A stretch of 59,827 nt of DNA from assembly GCA_001600815.1 (NCBI GenBank), contig BCKZ01000003.1, positions 372,001 through 431,827 of the forward strand. The letters run 5' to 3'. The notes below the pieces were generated by a model that was not told the DNA's origin, ran no database searches, and saw only the letters and a program-made list of their open reading frames with translations. Positions within the stretch are counted from its first letter, which is position 1. Every line of letters begins with the position of its first letter. Shown here in pieces: positions 14,137 to 26,505 of the stretch. Position numbers and translations under genes: made by a program. Origin of the DNA: Alloascoidea hylecoeti. Taxonomy: Eukaryota.

Positions 14137-15507
14137 ATGCAGGCCCAACCACTCGTACATGAGGAAAGGCAGGTATCAATCCATGACACCCCGAGAAGAA
14201 CCAAACGCCAACAAAAATTCCTAGAAAGACAGCTTGAGAACAAGGCTGATAAGCGAAAAAGAGAGGAAAATATAAGGAGAGCAATAAATTCTGTACAGCG
14301 CGGTATGACACAGCAAGATGCTGCTGAAAAATACGGACTGGCTCGTACCACTTTGAGGGGACGTTTAAATGGTAGACAGTCGAGACAAAAAGTTTCCGAA
14401 GATAGGCAGCTGTTAACTGCGATGGAAGAAAAGGCATTGGCAGAATACATAGTAGCTCAAGAAGTTGAAGGCCATCAAATACGGCATGGTAGAATAAGAA
14501 CTATCGCATTAAAAATGTTAGAGAAACGGGCAGAACGGGATGGTACTAAAGATCACGTTCCGGTGTCCATAGGTCATAAATGGTTGTCTAGGTTTAAAAA
14601 GCGTCATTTTAAAGATGATGAGTCTATTTTTATTAATAGTGACGAATTCCAAGCAGGATCTACATTCGATCGTGAGGAATCTAGTGAAGATGAACTTTCT
14701 TTTGATGATGAAGAAGATATAGAAGAAAATGAATCAGTACAGCTACAGGCCTTCCACAATTCAACGAACTCCTCTCCATATTCCCAGGGTGGTCAAATAT
14801 CTCCTACAGACTATACAATTTTTCCCAGGACGAACTCTGTTGATGGATCTCCTGGAGGACCAGAAATGTCATTCAAATTTAAAGGTGTTATTGTTCCTAA
14901 CCATGAATGTCTTACAGAGAATTTGAACGTATTATCTTCAAACTACAAATCTACCTCTAAAAATAGAAAGATGATTGATTATGTTCGACAAGTGCATGAC
15001 TCTCTAGAAAAATTGGATGCAGAAAAACGAATTTTAATGCTGGTGAATGAGGAATTAAAAGAGGCTTCTCAGAATATTGAAAGGGAAAAGAATGAATTAA
15101 AGTCTAGTTTCATCGCATCTTCAATCAATGACTCTTCTATACTGAACAGGCAAGCCTTAAGATCTAATGACTATAGCTATACTACACATACCCACCCAGT
15201 TAAGACTGAAATTCCAGACTACCCAGGATTTAGATCTTCAAGCATCGATATAGGGGCTATTCCAGGCGTTTATGGGGCACACCAACCTGTGCATGTCCCT
15301 CAACCGTACTACCAATATTCTCAAGTACTTAATTCCCCGCAACAATATAGTTATGTGGTTCCTACATCATCGGCCGATCCCCAATCAGGTGGTCTAACCT
15401 ATTACAACGAAAACTATTCTTCAACAACATGGCATCCAACGACGGCTCCATATACAGATCAATCCGAGTTTGAACAAGCCACATATAATCTAAAAACATC
15501 ACGTTAA
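14137..15507 (+). CDS. HTH-psq + Tc5/CENP-B HTH DNA-binding protein; probable domesticated pogo/Fot1-derived transcription factor
   Basis: IRRAINSVQRGMTQQDAAEKYGLARTTLRGRLNG (psq-type HTH) and LLTAMEEKALAEYI...IGHKWLSRFKKRH (Tc5 HTH). These are followed by an acidic stretch, a coiled-coil and a Q/Y/P/S-rich tail. No DDE domain is visible. Confidence 0.8.
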   Translation: MQAQPLVHEERQVSIHDTPRRTKRQQKFLERQLENKADKRKREENIRRAINSVQRGMTQQDAAEKYGLARTTLRGRLNGRQSRQKVSEDRQLLTAMEEKALAEYIVAQEVEGHQIRHGRIRTIALKMLEKRAERDGTKDHVPVSIGHKWLSRFKKRHFKDDESIFINSDEFQAGSTFDREESSEDELSFDDEEDIEENESVQLQAFHNSTNSSPYSQGGQISPTDYTIFPRTNSVDGSPGGPEMSFKFKGVIVPNHECLTENLNVLSSNYKSTSKNRKMIDYVRQVHDSLEKLDAEKRILMLVNEELKEASQNIEREKNELKSSFIASSINDSSILNRQALRSNDYSYTTHTHPVKTEIPDYPGFRSSSIDIGAIPGVYGAHQPVHVPQPYYQYSQVLNSPQQYSYVVPTSSADPQSGGLTYYNENYSSTTWHPTTAPYTDQSEFEQATYNLKTSR

Positions 15508-18500
15508 TAATGATCATCTATAGTTATGTTTTCTTTGGAATCTTGAACTTGATCGGTTTCAAATTTTCAAATTTTCATTTTATTTAACTAAGGTAAGTAA
15601 TAGAATTATACCGATCTACACGCATATGAAATTGATATTCTTTTCATATATATATATATCTTTTTGTCATCTCTCTCTTCTGTTTGGTTTATTTTTTCTA
15701 TATTGTTATTAAAATACTTAAACTAGTCTTGTCATCCCTGGAATTACGACTTTACATTTACATCTTATAATTACATTTTACATTTGTACACAGCTCAATT
15801 TTTTTTTAGAGCTTGAAGCTACCTCTTTGATTCTGTTCACTTGTTAATATGCCATGGCATGCGTTTTATTTGCATGGTGTCAAAATTGAAAATTAATATA
15901 TATAGTCTCTGTTTGTTATTGTTAGATTTTGGGATTAAAATGATTTCATGGTATATATATTAATGTATGCATTTGTGATTTATTGTGAAATGTTCTCAAT
16001 ATAGCTCATATTTTTATATCACGATAATCTATTTTGTACAATTGAAATTGAATAGCTTCGAATTCTCAGTGAAACTTAAATTTAGATTTGATATATTATG
16101 GCATTTTTAAGTCTAGATCCCTAGCCTGGGTTATAATTTTTCCAGTTTTGATGTCTTAATATAATAATAAATCTATAATATTAATATGTAACTAATTTTG
16201 AGTTGCATTCTTACCCATATCCTTGTAACTTTAGCATATATCCCATAAAATTATCTAGATAACTGATATGCTCCACAATCAACATTTCTTAATTAAAAAT
16301 CTTGTAATTTTATCTTTATAGAGACATGTACAAACATGTTAAAAACTTAATAATTATATAGAATATTATTTATAATTAAAATTAAACATATCACTGCAAA
16401 TGACATTTATAGAATCCATGTGTTAACGTAGATTAAATTTCTGTAAAATATATACCTTTAGATTGACACTATTATATATTTTGACTATTTATTATTGTGA
16501 TATATGAACGAATTTGTTGGGTGTTTAAGCGCTTCCTAGGTGTCCAACGTTTAATTTTCAATGATTTATCGAAGAATCAGGAGCAGTCGGTTATATCACA
16601 TGCAGAAATCTCCCGATCGGGAGCCTAATTAGTATTGCATATATTCTAGCAAAATATAAGCAAGAAAAGAAAAAAAAGCCACGATTGGACCAATAAAAAG
16701 ATGTAACTATTAAGAATAAAGATGTAATTGGGCCGGGGGCCGATTGGAAGACAAAGGAGATAGTCAAATGATCTCTACGTTAACACCATTTACTTTGTAC
16801 ATTTAGTCCATTTATTGTGCGTTCATAGTAGTCCATTTGCTTAATGTACGCCGTGATCCATAATTAGTCAGATATAGACTAGAATATATAATATCTTACA
16901 CAAGCACGGAACAATATTTATATATTACTCGTAAAATAATATAATAGCCAAAACCCTTTATCGATAACAGAAGGAACTTCAGGAGTTTTTGAGGATTCGA
17001 ACGTTATACAGATAAACTTTATTTAAGGTTTATATAATAAGCTTAACTCATCAGTATTTCCTGTTTTTGATCCTTAATGACCAATTGATGCAACCATCTT
17101 GTAATTGATAATCACTCTATTACACACTTATTGATTTACTAGTAATTAAGAAGCATGAAAATTAAATAATATTGCGATTTATAAGATCTTTTTTCTTACT
17201 GCTTATCATGACAACTCTATCCCATCATAATGCTAAATCAATAAACATACGATAATCTATTGTTTAAATATCATAAAAATATCATAAAAATATCAAACCA
17301 TATCTAACGGTTTCAATATTTACGACCTTAGAAAAGTTTTAACTATGGAATTATTAAGTAGAAGGTGTTCGCTTACAGTATGGTTTTATTAATATTATTA
17401 GAGAATGTATGTATCATAGATATAGCTATAACAATTAATTAATATATTAATATTATTTGCCGAAGCTTTAGTTTATATTTAAGATTTTTTTAATTGTTGA
17501 TTTCAGAATATTAGGATCATATCTCAGTATATTAATATTAATCCATGTTACATACATATGCATGTAGTAATAACATTGTATTTCCAAGCTGCTGTTGTAT
17601 ATCGATATATAGAAAAATGAGCAAAGTATGTATGTTAAACAACTCTTTATTTATCAATCCACACTTTTTTTTAGGAAATTATGCTAAAATATATAAATGA
17701 TTAACAGCTTTAGCGATACATATAGTCATTGAATAGTATTTACGATACACACTCTAAATGATATAATATCCATCTTTGCATGAATATTATTACACTACAG
17801 TTACAGTTGGAATCTCAATGACTCCTCTTGAGCATGAAGATATCTATATGGATTTTCAAGCTTTGGGCGAATACATACTTCTTATTATCTTGTTTTATAA
17901 CCCTTTATTTTCATTAATGGTCAATTGAAAAAACTCTAACTTTGGATCATATATTTCTCCTTTCATTAATTGATTTCAGTTTCAGCCCTATCAATGTTTT
18001 TAAAGAAGTATCTTCTAGAAATTAAATAACTTTTTATTAGTTCTATTTTACATAAATACTTATATATAACAATAGTTGTAAGTAAGTAAGTAAGTAATTT
18101 TTATTACCATGATAGATATTTAGAAACAGAGAGTGTGCTGGAAACGCCGCTATATAGTTGTTCCAATACTTTCAATGGAAAAGTTGTTGACTAGGATATA
18201 ATCGCTATATTATAAGTAATGTAAATCACATATATCTATATCCAATATGATTATCCTTACAGCTGTGGATATTTCATCACTCAATTATATCTAACTTATA
18301 TAAATTGTAGAAAGTAACATTAATATTATTGTACCTTAGTAGTTTATACCAGTATATATGTTGTTAATGTTAAACGCCCGGCCACAAGTTTAATTGTGAA
18401 CTCTTTATATTGTTATGCATATATAATTAATATTATTGCTTTCGCTAGTACAACTGGTTTAATCCAGCGATCGAAAACATTTGTCGGCTTTTTTATTCTT

Positions 18501-20304
18501 TAAAAATATATTAGTCTATATAGTAAATAATACAAATTGACTTAAAGATTTTTCAGTACTCATAAATACTAAAAGTTTTAACCTACTCATATAATTCCAT
18601 GGTAAAATTACCTTCAAGAATATTACATAAAATCTGTATAAGAGGAATCAATAATGCATGCACCTAGCTTGATTAGTCTAATTAACTTAATACTATATGT
18701 ATATGCATAAAACGATATACTAAAGTTAAGCTTGCTCCAGCCGCAGAATTGTACATGTGCGGTTTTAACTTTTTTGTGAATCCTTAAAATTTGAAACCTT
18801 TAACAGATTACACAATCAGGGGCTACAATAAAACGGAATCGCACCTCCCGAATTACCGGTTAAGCTTGGGAAGTTGATACATATATAACTTGTATATCTC
18901 AAGTTCTCAACCAAGGCGATCTGTAAAGCTATAGCGTCCGACGGAAGTGAATACAATATTAAAACTTATAATTAAGAGTTCTATAAGCCTTTTAGTTATT
19001 TCAGTCAATCTTCGTCTGTATATCTATATCGCTTCATAGGACATCGGAATTACCAATTGTAATGATTTGAATAAATATATGGTCTTAATGGATCGAGTTT
19101 GGAAATTGTAGATTTCAGTTAAAAAATTTTCTAAGAATCGTTCATGAATTCATCTTTCTTGGAATCGGTATACATACGCGCTTTATTCCTATCAAGATAT
19201 AGTTATTGAATCGAATCAACTAAATATATGACAAATATTTCACTTGTAATAATATTTTTTAAGAAATAATATTTATTTTAATTGCTTTCCAACATATTGG
19301 TTGAATAATAACCACATTTATCCGTCAGTTAATTTCTAATAGTTTCGCCAGCAATAGGTAAGTAAAATCTATATAAGCTTATAATTTTTATCGAGATCTT
19401 CAACTGATGATATTAAAGTGAAAGGAATGAAATTTCTTAAAATTGCTGAAATCATAGAATCTTTATGGTTATGGAAACTAGAATATACTTCTGTTAATTT
19501 TTCTTTTATACGAGAGGCAGGGGAGAGGGTTAGTGACTTCACTGTGTAGTTAAGAGTTGAGGGAAATTAATTCATTTGTAAGATATAAATAAAATAAAAT
19601 TAATCTAAACTGGTGATTTATCAATTGGTACATTGTACTCTAGCATAACTAATAAACATGTGAAATGCCAATTTGGAATTTCTACTATAACTATGCCGGT
19701 AATATAAGAACTAGCTAAGTGTATAAATTTTCAATTGCATGAGTACTGTCAAAAGACACGGACAATGCCGCAGCTGCAATTGGCAACTTGGTTCCGATTA
19801 AAAAAGTGATCTTCGAATATTCAAATAATCAATATTAACAAATGTACTGGTACATGTTCGATTGGTTTTAGTTTAGTTTTATGGATTGTAATTTGCAACT
19901 TATTTTAAGAATCTACCTTGAAATATTTATGGTTTACCATGGAATTATTGAGTTAGTACACGCATAGTAATGGTTTTACATTTATTCTCCATTGTTTATC
20001 AATTTGATTATAATATTAATTTATTTACTTCGAATTCATGATCAATTTTTATTAATTTAGTTATAGACATACATTCTTATATAACTTTCCCATACATAGT
20101 TTGGCACTTTTTAAACTACAAGTTTATACTGATTAATTATCAAGACATATAACTACCGATATCTATAGAAGAAATATTAATAAAATATATGGAATAGGAT
20201 ATGGATTTTAGAAAATCATCTCAAGATTTCATACCTCATAAAACTTAACTTTTTAAAATAGCCAACTCTATACCAAAATGACCCAATAGTAAAACCAAAA
20301 ATAA

Positions 20305-20850
20305 TTCTCAGAAACTGAGAATGGCAGATTTAACTGTGCCCCGGATATACCACAATTTTTTAATATCGTTATAGGGTATATCGAGACAACCAAGCCAGAT
20401 AATTTCAGAAGTTTGAAAAGCTTTACTACTGCGCATAAAATGGATAGCGGATGATTTCATGCCTTTAAGAAACCACATCCTACATTAAAATATACACGCG
20501 AACTCACCAGATGCCTCAGATTCTTTGCTTCAAACTTGGGTCATATGTAGCTGGTTACAGTGATTATTTAGCAGATATTAGTATAGTTAAAGGAAACATT
20601 TAGAGAACAGAAGGAACATAACGTACGCTTGGTAAAGATATGAATCGGTTAAGGTGTTAGTACCGACGGTGAACAAAATTAAAGCTGTTCTCAGGAAGTT
20701 TAACTCAAACAATCTGCTTTGCCCTAGCCAAAAACTATGCAAAGTTAACTTCTTAGAAGTATTTGATAAGTGTCGGAGTCTGGCATTAAAAACATACTGG
20801 TTGGATTCGAGAAAAGAGGTATATCACCATTCAATCAAGAAGAAACTTGA
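20305..20850 (+). mobile_element. pogo/Fot1 transposase relic, internally deleted
   Basis: SG*FHAFKKPHPTLK at about 20445-20490 resembles the end of a Tc5 HTH. KLCKVNFLEVFDKCRSLAL follows, then after a frameshift NILVGFEKRGISPFNQ (20791-20838), the post-DDE motif typical of fungal pogo/Fot1 transposases. Confidence 0.7.
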
Positions 20851-22989
20851 GAAGAGCAGCGATAGAAAAAGCATAGTTGTAGCAATTGAAAATATGTAGT
20901 TTAGAAAAAAACAGATTCTTCTATATTTTACCTTTTATACAGGCAATAAATAAATTTGTTAACTTTTAAAAATATGTAGGTGCGTGATTACCACTGGTTG
21001 GTAGTGATGCTTTGATTATCTAAGTATATCTTGGTCTGTGCTGTACACTCGCACTTATAACTTACCCTATATAGTAATTCATCCATGCATCATCAAAGCC
21101 AACCTTATACCATATAACAGTGTCCCACTTCCTTAAGTGGCTAAGCTCATTTAGATATTATTCCATAATAAAACCTTAACTTTTTAAATACACATAGAAT
21201 GATTTCTAAAATTTTGTTAGGAGAGATTTCAGGTAATTCGAATTTTAGGAACAAATTGCTATGGGGCTCATATCAAATTTTCCCAACACCCAATTTTGAG
21301 ATCAATACAGCCAACCACCAACTACAATAAATTACATTTCTGAAGAAGTAAAAGGTTAGTCAAGTGGACAATAAAATAAACTATGCTCTATTTTTTTATT
21401 CGATTGCCTTGAGGCGGTGTGTTCAATTCACATGTGGACCTTTTCCCTCATTAGTTCAGCATAATATGCACCAAAATAATGCATAAATTACCTTATTAGG
21501 CAAAGTAACACTCATAACCGAAAGTTCAATCTTTGACTTCTTAACTATGATGAACTTTTCTCAGCACCAGTTTTTGTAAATAACTCAACCAGCCGCCAAC
21601 AACAATAAATGATAGTTCTGAAATTATAAGTAAATAAATAAATTGCCAATAGAATGAATTTAGTTCTTTTTTCTTATTTACTCAATGCATTACCGTATAC
21701 AATAGGTATTCATATGTGTATATCCGTATATAGTAAGAATGCATATGCACAGAGTCATGTTTGGAAGTTACCCGTCCATAGAGAAGTTTTTGATTTGTTC
21801 CTACGTACGTATATTATAACTTATAGGTGGAGAATATACCGGTAGATGTGCGTCACTATACTAACTAAGTGAATTGAAATATGTAATCTGAGTGAACGTA
21901 GCTTCTTAGTTGGCAAAACAAGCAGAAGGATTAATATACACACCATATAGAGATATCAACAATTCTTCCGGTGTAACACCTCCAACTAAGCTTAGCGATA
22001 TATTCAAAATTAGCTACTTCCTGGTCGCACTTTATCGTACTGGGCCTAGATACAATACCTTACTAGCCAAGAAGAATTAAGGCTTGTAATGAAGATGAGT
22101 TCATATATGTAATGAACCACTTGCGATCAGATCTAAGGGCTGTTCTTGGGGAAATCCACCTCAAAAGTCAATGGAATATAGATCTCAGGGATGCCATGTC
22201 TGAAACCAGTGCTGAACAGCCAGAATAGGGACAATTAATTATTATTAGATTGTAAACAGCTTAATGTTGAAGTTTTAAGTTTCATTTTTGATTTTTGATT
22301 TTTTTACATCAGCTCCTTGGTCACTGCTCTCAACATTAATGTTATCGATAGGACCGCGATTACAATATTACAATGATTATAAACATAAGTTTCTTTCAAG
22401 ACCTTTGGACGACTCGACACCCTAGGCTGAGATTCAAATTATATGATCCTCCCAAGCGCTGCCACGAAAATCTGCAATTAAATAAGAAGTTGGTTGAAGG
22501 TGATTCAATATTAATAGATCGTTCAATTTTGGTGTTTTTTTTTTTTTTGGTCATAATGGGTAACCAACGACTCCAAATAAAGAGTTCCATTGCATACGAA
22601 GTCGGACGTGAAGTCCTGCAACTATTAATAGAGTGGAAATTAATTAAAATAATGTCGGATAATTTGGTAGTGCTATGTGTAGCAATTAATTGGTCATAAG
22701 TTAACGTTAAATTGGAAACTTATTCAACTATTACGCCGGAAATTAATTAGCGCCATCTCATGAGATTATTTAGTGGTTTAATTGAGCTAATAATTAGTCA
22801 CTTATCCAAACATTTACTACGGTTATGTGCGAAATATAATTAGGAACTTGCTGAAAATTAACTAGCCTTATCTTTGAAAACTATTTAGCGTTACGTATGA
22901 GAAATAATTAACGTTAAAATCTTCACCCCTTTATGTTATCTGTTATCCTTTTCTTTGATTGGGCCTTCACTGAATTTATCTGTCTTTTT

Positions 22990-23330
22990 CTCACCTTCAT
23001 AACTTTGTATTTTATATTTTCCAATCCATTTCTGGATCATTAAAGAGATCCAAAATAGTTTTGGAGTGGAAGCTAAGACGATTTTTCCCTCCTCATCTTT
23101 TTTTCCATACTTGCTCTTTATCGAATTCAACATATCATTACGGTATTCTAATACTTCTTCTTGGATTCATTAATTTCAATTACCAACGGACGAGAAAATT
23201 GACTCACGACTCCTTTAGTGCCATGAGTATCATGAGAAAATTATGGATTTCCCATATTTGTGAATTAATAGTTAGTTGCATGTGATGATAGTGTAATGAT
23301 TCCATTTCCTTTCGGCCACTGGATGTACTA
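22990..23330 (-). mobile_element. Possible MULE transposase relic
   Basis: Minus-strand fragments MQL.., HKYGKSIIF / DTHGT and TPKLF / DLFNDPEM loosely match the MULE domain (Q...KYG..I..DxTHxT; PxxFMxDxxxxE). Needs several frameshifts. Confidence 0.3.
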
Positions 23331-24569
23331 AATTATAGACATATATCCTGCCACCAATCCTTCAAATTTCCACATCCTACGCTAGTGGCTATAAAAAAGT
23401 ACAACAACTGTCAATCTAGATTAATATAAATTGTTTATTATACTACTCAATTTTTACTTTTGTAAACTTTAATATTTAATTATGTAATATAGCGATATTT
23501 CTACATACATGTATTTATATTATATACAAGAATATCATCATAATTAGGTAGAGAGCTTTACACATTACTTATATCTCTGGGAATTTTGTTTAATAAACGT
23601 AGCATTAGAAATAATTAGAGCAACGTTTAATTTTCAATAAAACCATTCTATATATAAGTTTCTCCATCTTCACACGGCTGTCTGAAGAATTGTCAAAGGA
23701 AATAAGGTGTCCATTTCTGATCTTGATATCTCTTATATAAGGTACAGGAGAATTTGCTACTTTATATTATATGTCATGTTAGTTAGTAGTAACAACACAC
23801 AACACCATGTGTTTTATTCATATCCGGCATCCTGTTTACACCACCATCCCGCGAGACAGAGCTAAATCGTTCTTCTCTTCCCATTTAAGAATTCCAATGC
23901 TTCACTTGTAGGCCCATATATGTATACATTAACTCGCAGTAGGTGATACTAGGTTTTTGTTGAATGTAATGGGGTATATCACCACAACACAGCAAATGTT
24001 GCGATACTATTATATATTCTGCAGCTGTGAAGATCGTAGTATTATCAGAGAATTTATATATTAAGCTGATAAATAAATGTAACTTGAATTCCACTGTGAT
24101 AGTTAACCAATCATAACACAATATGAATATACATTTGAATATTACTGTATTCGTATTTATAGTTGTAGTCATTATAAATACAACACATCCTCTCTCTTTT
24201 TATCTCCTATTTTGATTTGTTCATGTCTCATCCGTCTTCTGACTAGTTCAGTTTCCTATGGGCTATTAAAAACCAATTGTGCAATCGAAATTCAGAGTTA
24301 AGGTACTTCTACCAAATAATTGATCTTTGAACAATTCCCCGTTTTTTAGTGTTCTGGTGATATTGATACTATGCTCAAAATACAAAAAGTGCCTATCAAT
24401 GCTAAGGGTTATTAATAATATTGACATCTATATTATCAAGGTGCCTGGTAGTCAAATCTATACCCATTTGGATTCAGCTCTCTCTTTCGAAACACAACTG
24501 AACTTCTCTCGGATTCCAAAACTCTCTCTCTCTTTTGTATAGAAAGGCTCTAATTAACCTTATTTCCAT

Positions 24570-24860
24570 AAAAATGATTTTGATAACGATTATGATGTTG
24601 ACAATCATCACAATTATAAAGATATAAACATGATGTTCACCATTATGAGGGTTAAGAGGACGAATAGGACGATATTGAATGTCGTTATAATGATTATTAT
24701 ATGATGATATAAATCAATTCTGACTACTCCTACTGGTTCAGTTGCATCAGTCGATTCAACTCCTTTGAATTCAGTTCTTCCTTTGTTGAGGGGCAATCCA
24801 TCTAGGAATAAAATGATTCATTCAATTACATTTTCTCACGATAATAAGTATATATTAATT
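24570..24860 (+). pseudogene. Degraded 5' copy of the acidic orphan gene (family of 37782-38495)
   Basis: aatgattttgataacgattatgat...cattatgaggg...actactcctactggttcagttgcatcagtcgattcaactcc aligns with 37840-38120. Upstream 24490-24525 aligns with 37705-37740. Confidence 0.7.
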
Positions 24861-24874
24861 CAGACGACAAAAGA

Positions 24875-25003
24875 TTCTCAGATTAAAGATTCACCTGTCA
24901 CGCTTAAGCTTATTGATTTTGGGCTCGCTGTTTTTAAAGATAAAGACCATGCTGAGTGAGTATCTTGTCTATAAATATCTGTAATTTAATAAAACAATAT
25001 AAT
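24875..25003 (+). pseudogene. Kinase fragment (subdomain VII) joined to a kinase 3' flank
   Basis: LKLIDFGLAVFKDKDH matches FIDFGLAVFEEEYH near 27423. The stretch 24970-25003 (tataaatatctgtaatttaataaaacaatataat) matches the reverse complement of about 25610-25643, downstream of the minus-strand kinase pseudogene. Confidence 0.65.
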
Positions 25004-25703
25004 GCAACTTATATATCTACATATGTACTACAAGTTATTGGTTGTTAGAGCGCAGAGCTAAACATGTGTTTTTGTTGATTTGGACATAGATTAGATAATG
25101 GAATATCTGAAATTTAAAGGAGTAGAAACGATGCAAAAAAACATAAAAAGGCACAGGCTCAGTTTCACGAAGGAGAATTAAACAGCTAAATTGAGAATTG
25201 TTGGAGCTTCCCAATATTGGTTGAAACTCCAGAGATGGGAAATTAAATTGTGGTACTATACACCACTAACTACGGATAATAAGATATTATATGGGTATAC
25301 AAAGTAAAGCATCTACATATTTTCTAATTGCAATCGATATCTTAACATATTTAATAAATGCTAACAATTTCAAAAAACTTACTTAACTATTACCAAATAT
25401 TTTGAGTTTCTTATTTTGCATTTATTACTTCGAATTCCAATAAACACGATTCGTATGAAAACCATTTCAACATTGAGATTGTATTATAAGGAATATAGGA
25501 TCTTTAAGTTTGCATATAACTCAAGACTATGTAGCTTTTCACTAACTTGATAAAATAGAATAGGTTAGAATTATGTGTCTCAACTATAGTTTAATAATAG
25601 TTGTCATTAATTATATTATTTTATTAAATTTCAGATATTTATATATTTTATATTAGTTAACTATATAGTTAATATATGATCTTTATTTGTTAATAGAATG
25701 ATC

Positions 25704-26505
25704 CTAAATTCCCACCACAAATCATTCATGCTGTAATGCTTCTTCTTCAATTATTCTTTTTGAAGGATCAATTGTTCTCCTCAATAAATCCTCCATTGAA
25801 TCTATAAATCTCATTTCAGATTGGTGTTTAGGGTTCCTTAGAAATGATGATTTTATTCCTTCAAATACTTCATCAAAATGTTTTTGTTTCAGAAAATCGT
25901 TGCTTAGACTCTGACGATGAATTTGTATTTGGGAAGTTTAATACATAGGGAAAAGTAGGTCCAGTCGCAGTTGGATGATAATCAAAGACAAAATACCGAG
26001 ATTCTTTCGATTTTATCTGGATTAAGTTTGTAATCATATTACGGATCTATTTTTTGAAAACCTTCTCTCAATCATCGCGAGATGCTTGTCAACTTCAACT
26101 CCATCTTCGTATATATCGAATAATTCTTTACCAGTGATTAGTTCTAACATCAATCATCCAATGGACCACATGTCACAAGGATAAGCCATCCTGTTCCAAG
26201 TATAACCTTTTTTATTGATATTAAAACCATTACTTACTACCATTTTAGGAATAAAGTTATATTGAGTAATTCTAAATAACCATTCAAGTAAAAATAAAAT
26301 GGTCTTTAATTTCCAAATAACCATTCTGTTTGGATTCATTATATTTTAAGAGTTTCAATAGGATTCTAATCTCTTTTAGCATGTTGATAATAGTAAACTG
26401 CGTATTATATATTTGTTGGGAATTCGATCGTAATTTTATTGATTTCAAAATTTTAATAGAGACATAGTCATTTTTCTCCCAATTCAAAGCTGTAATGATA
26501 CTAGT
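25704..26505 (-). pseudogene. LAMMER/Kns1-like (CLK family) protein kinase pseudogene, internally deleted
   Basis: YVSIKILKSI...KEIRILLKL...YLEIKDHF; YPCDMWSIG*LMLELITGKELF...KHLAMIER (the LAMMER signature EHLAMMER); RFIDSMEDLLRRTIDPSKRI..EALQHE*FVVGI*. Contains in-frame stops and frameshifts and lacks the HTD and DFG segments. Confidence 0.85.

Noticed and set aside
22120..22225. Minus-strand HGIPE and DFPKNSP, suggestive of an integrase or the Tc1 SPDLNPIE motif
   Set aside because: The two readings conflict and each is too short.
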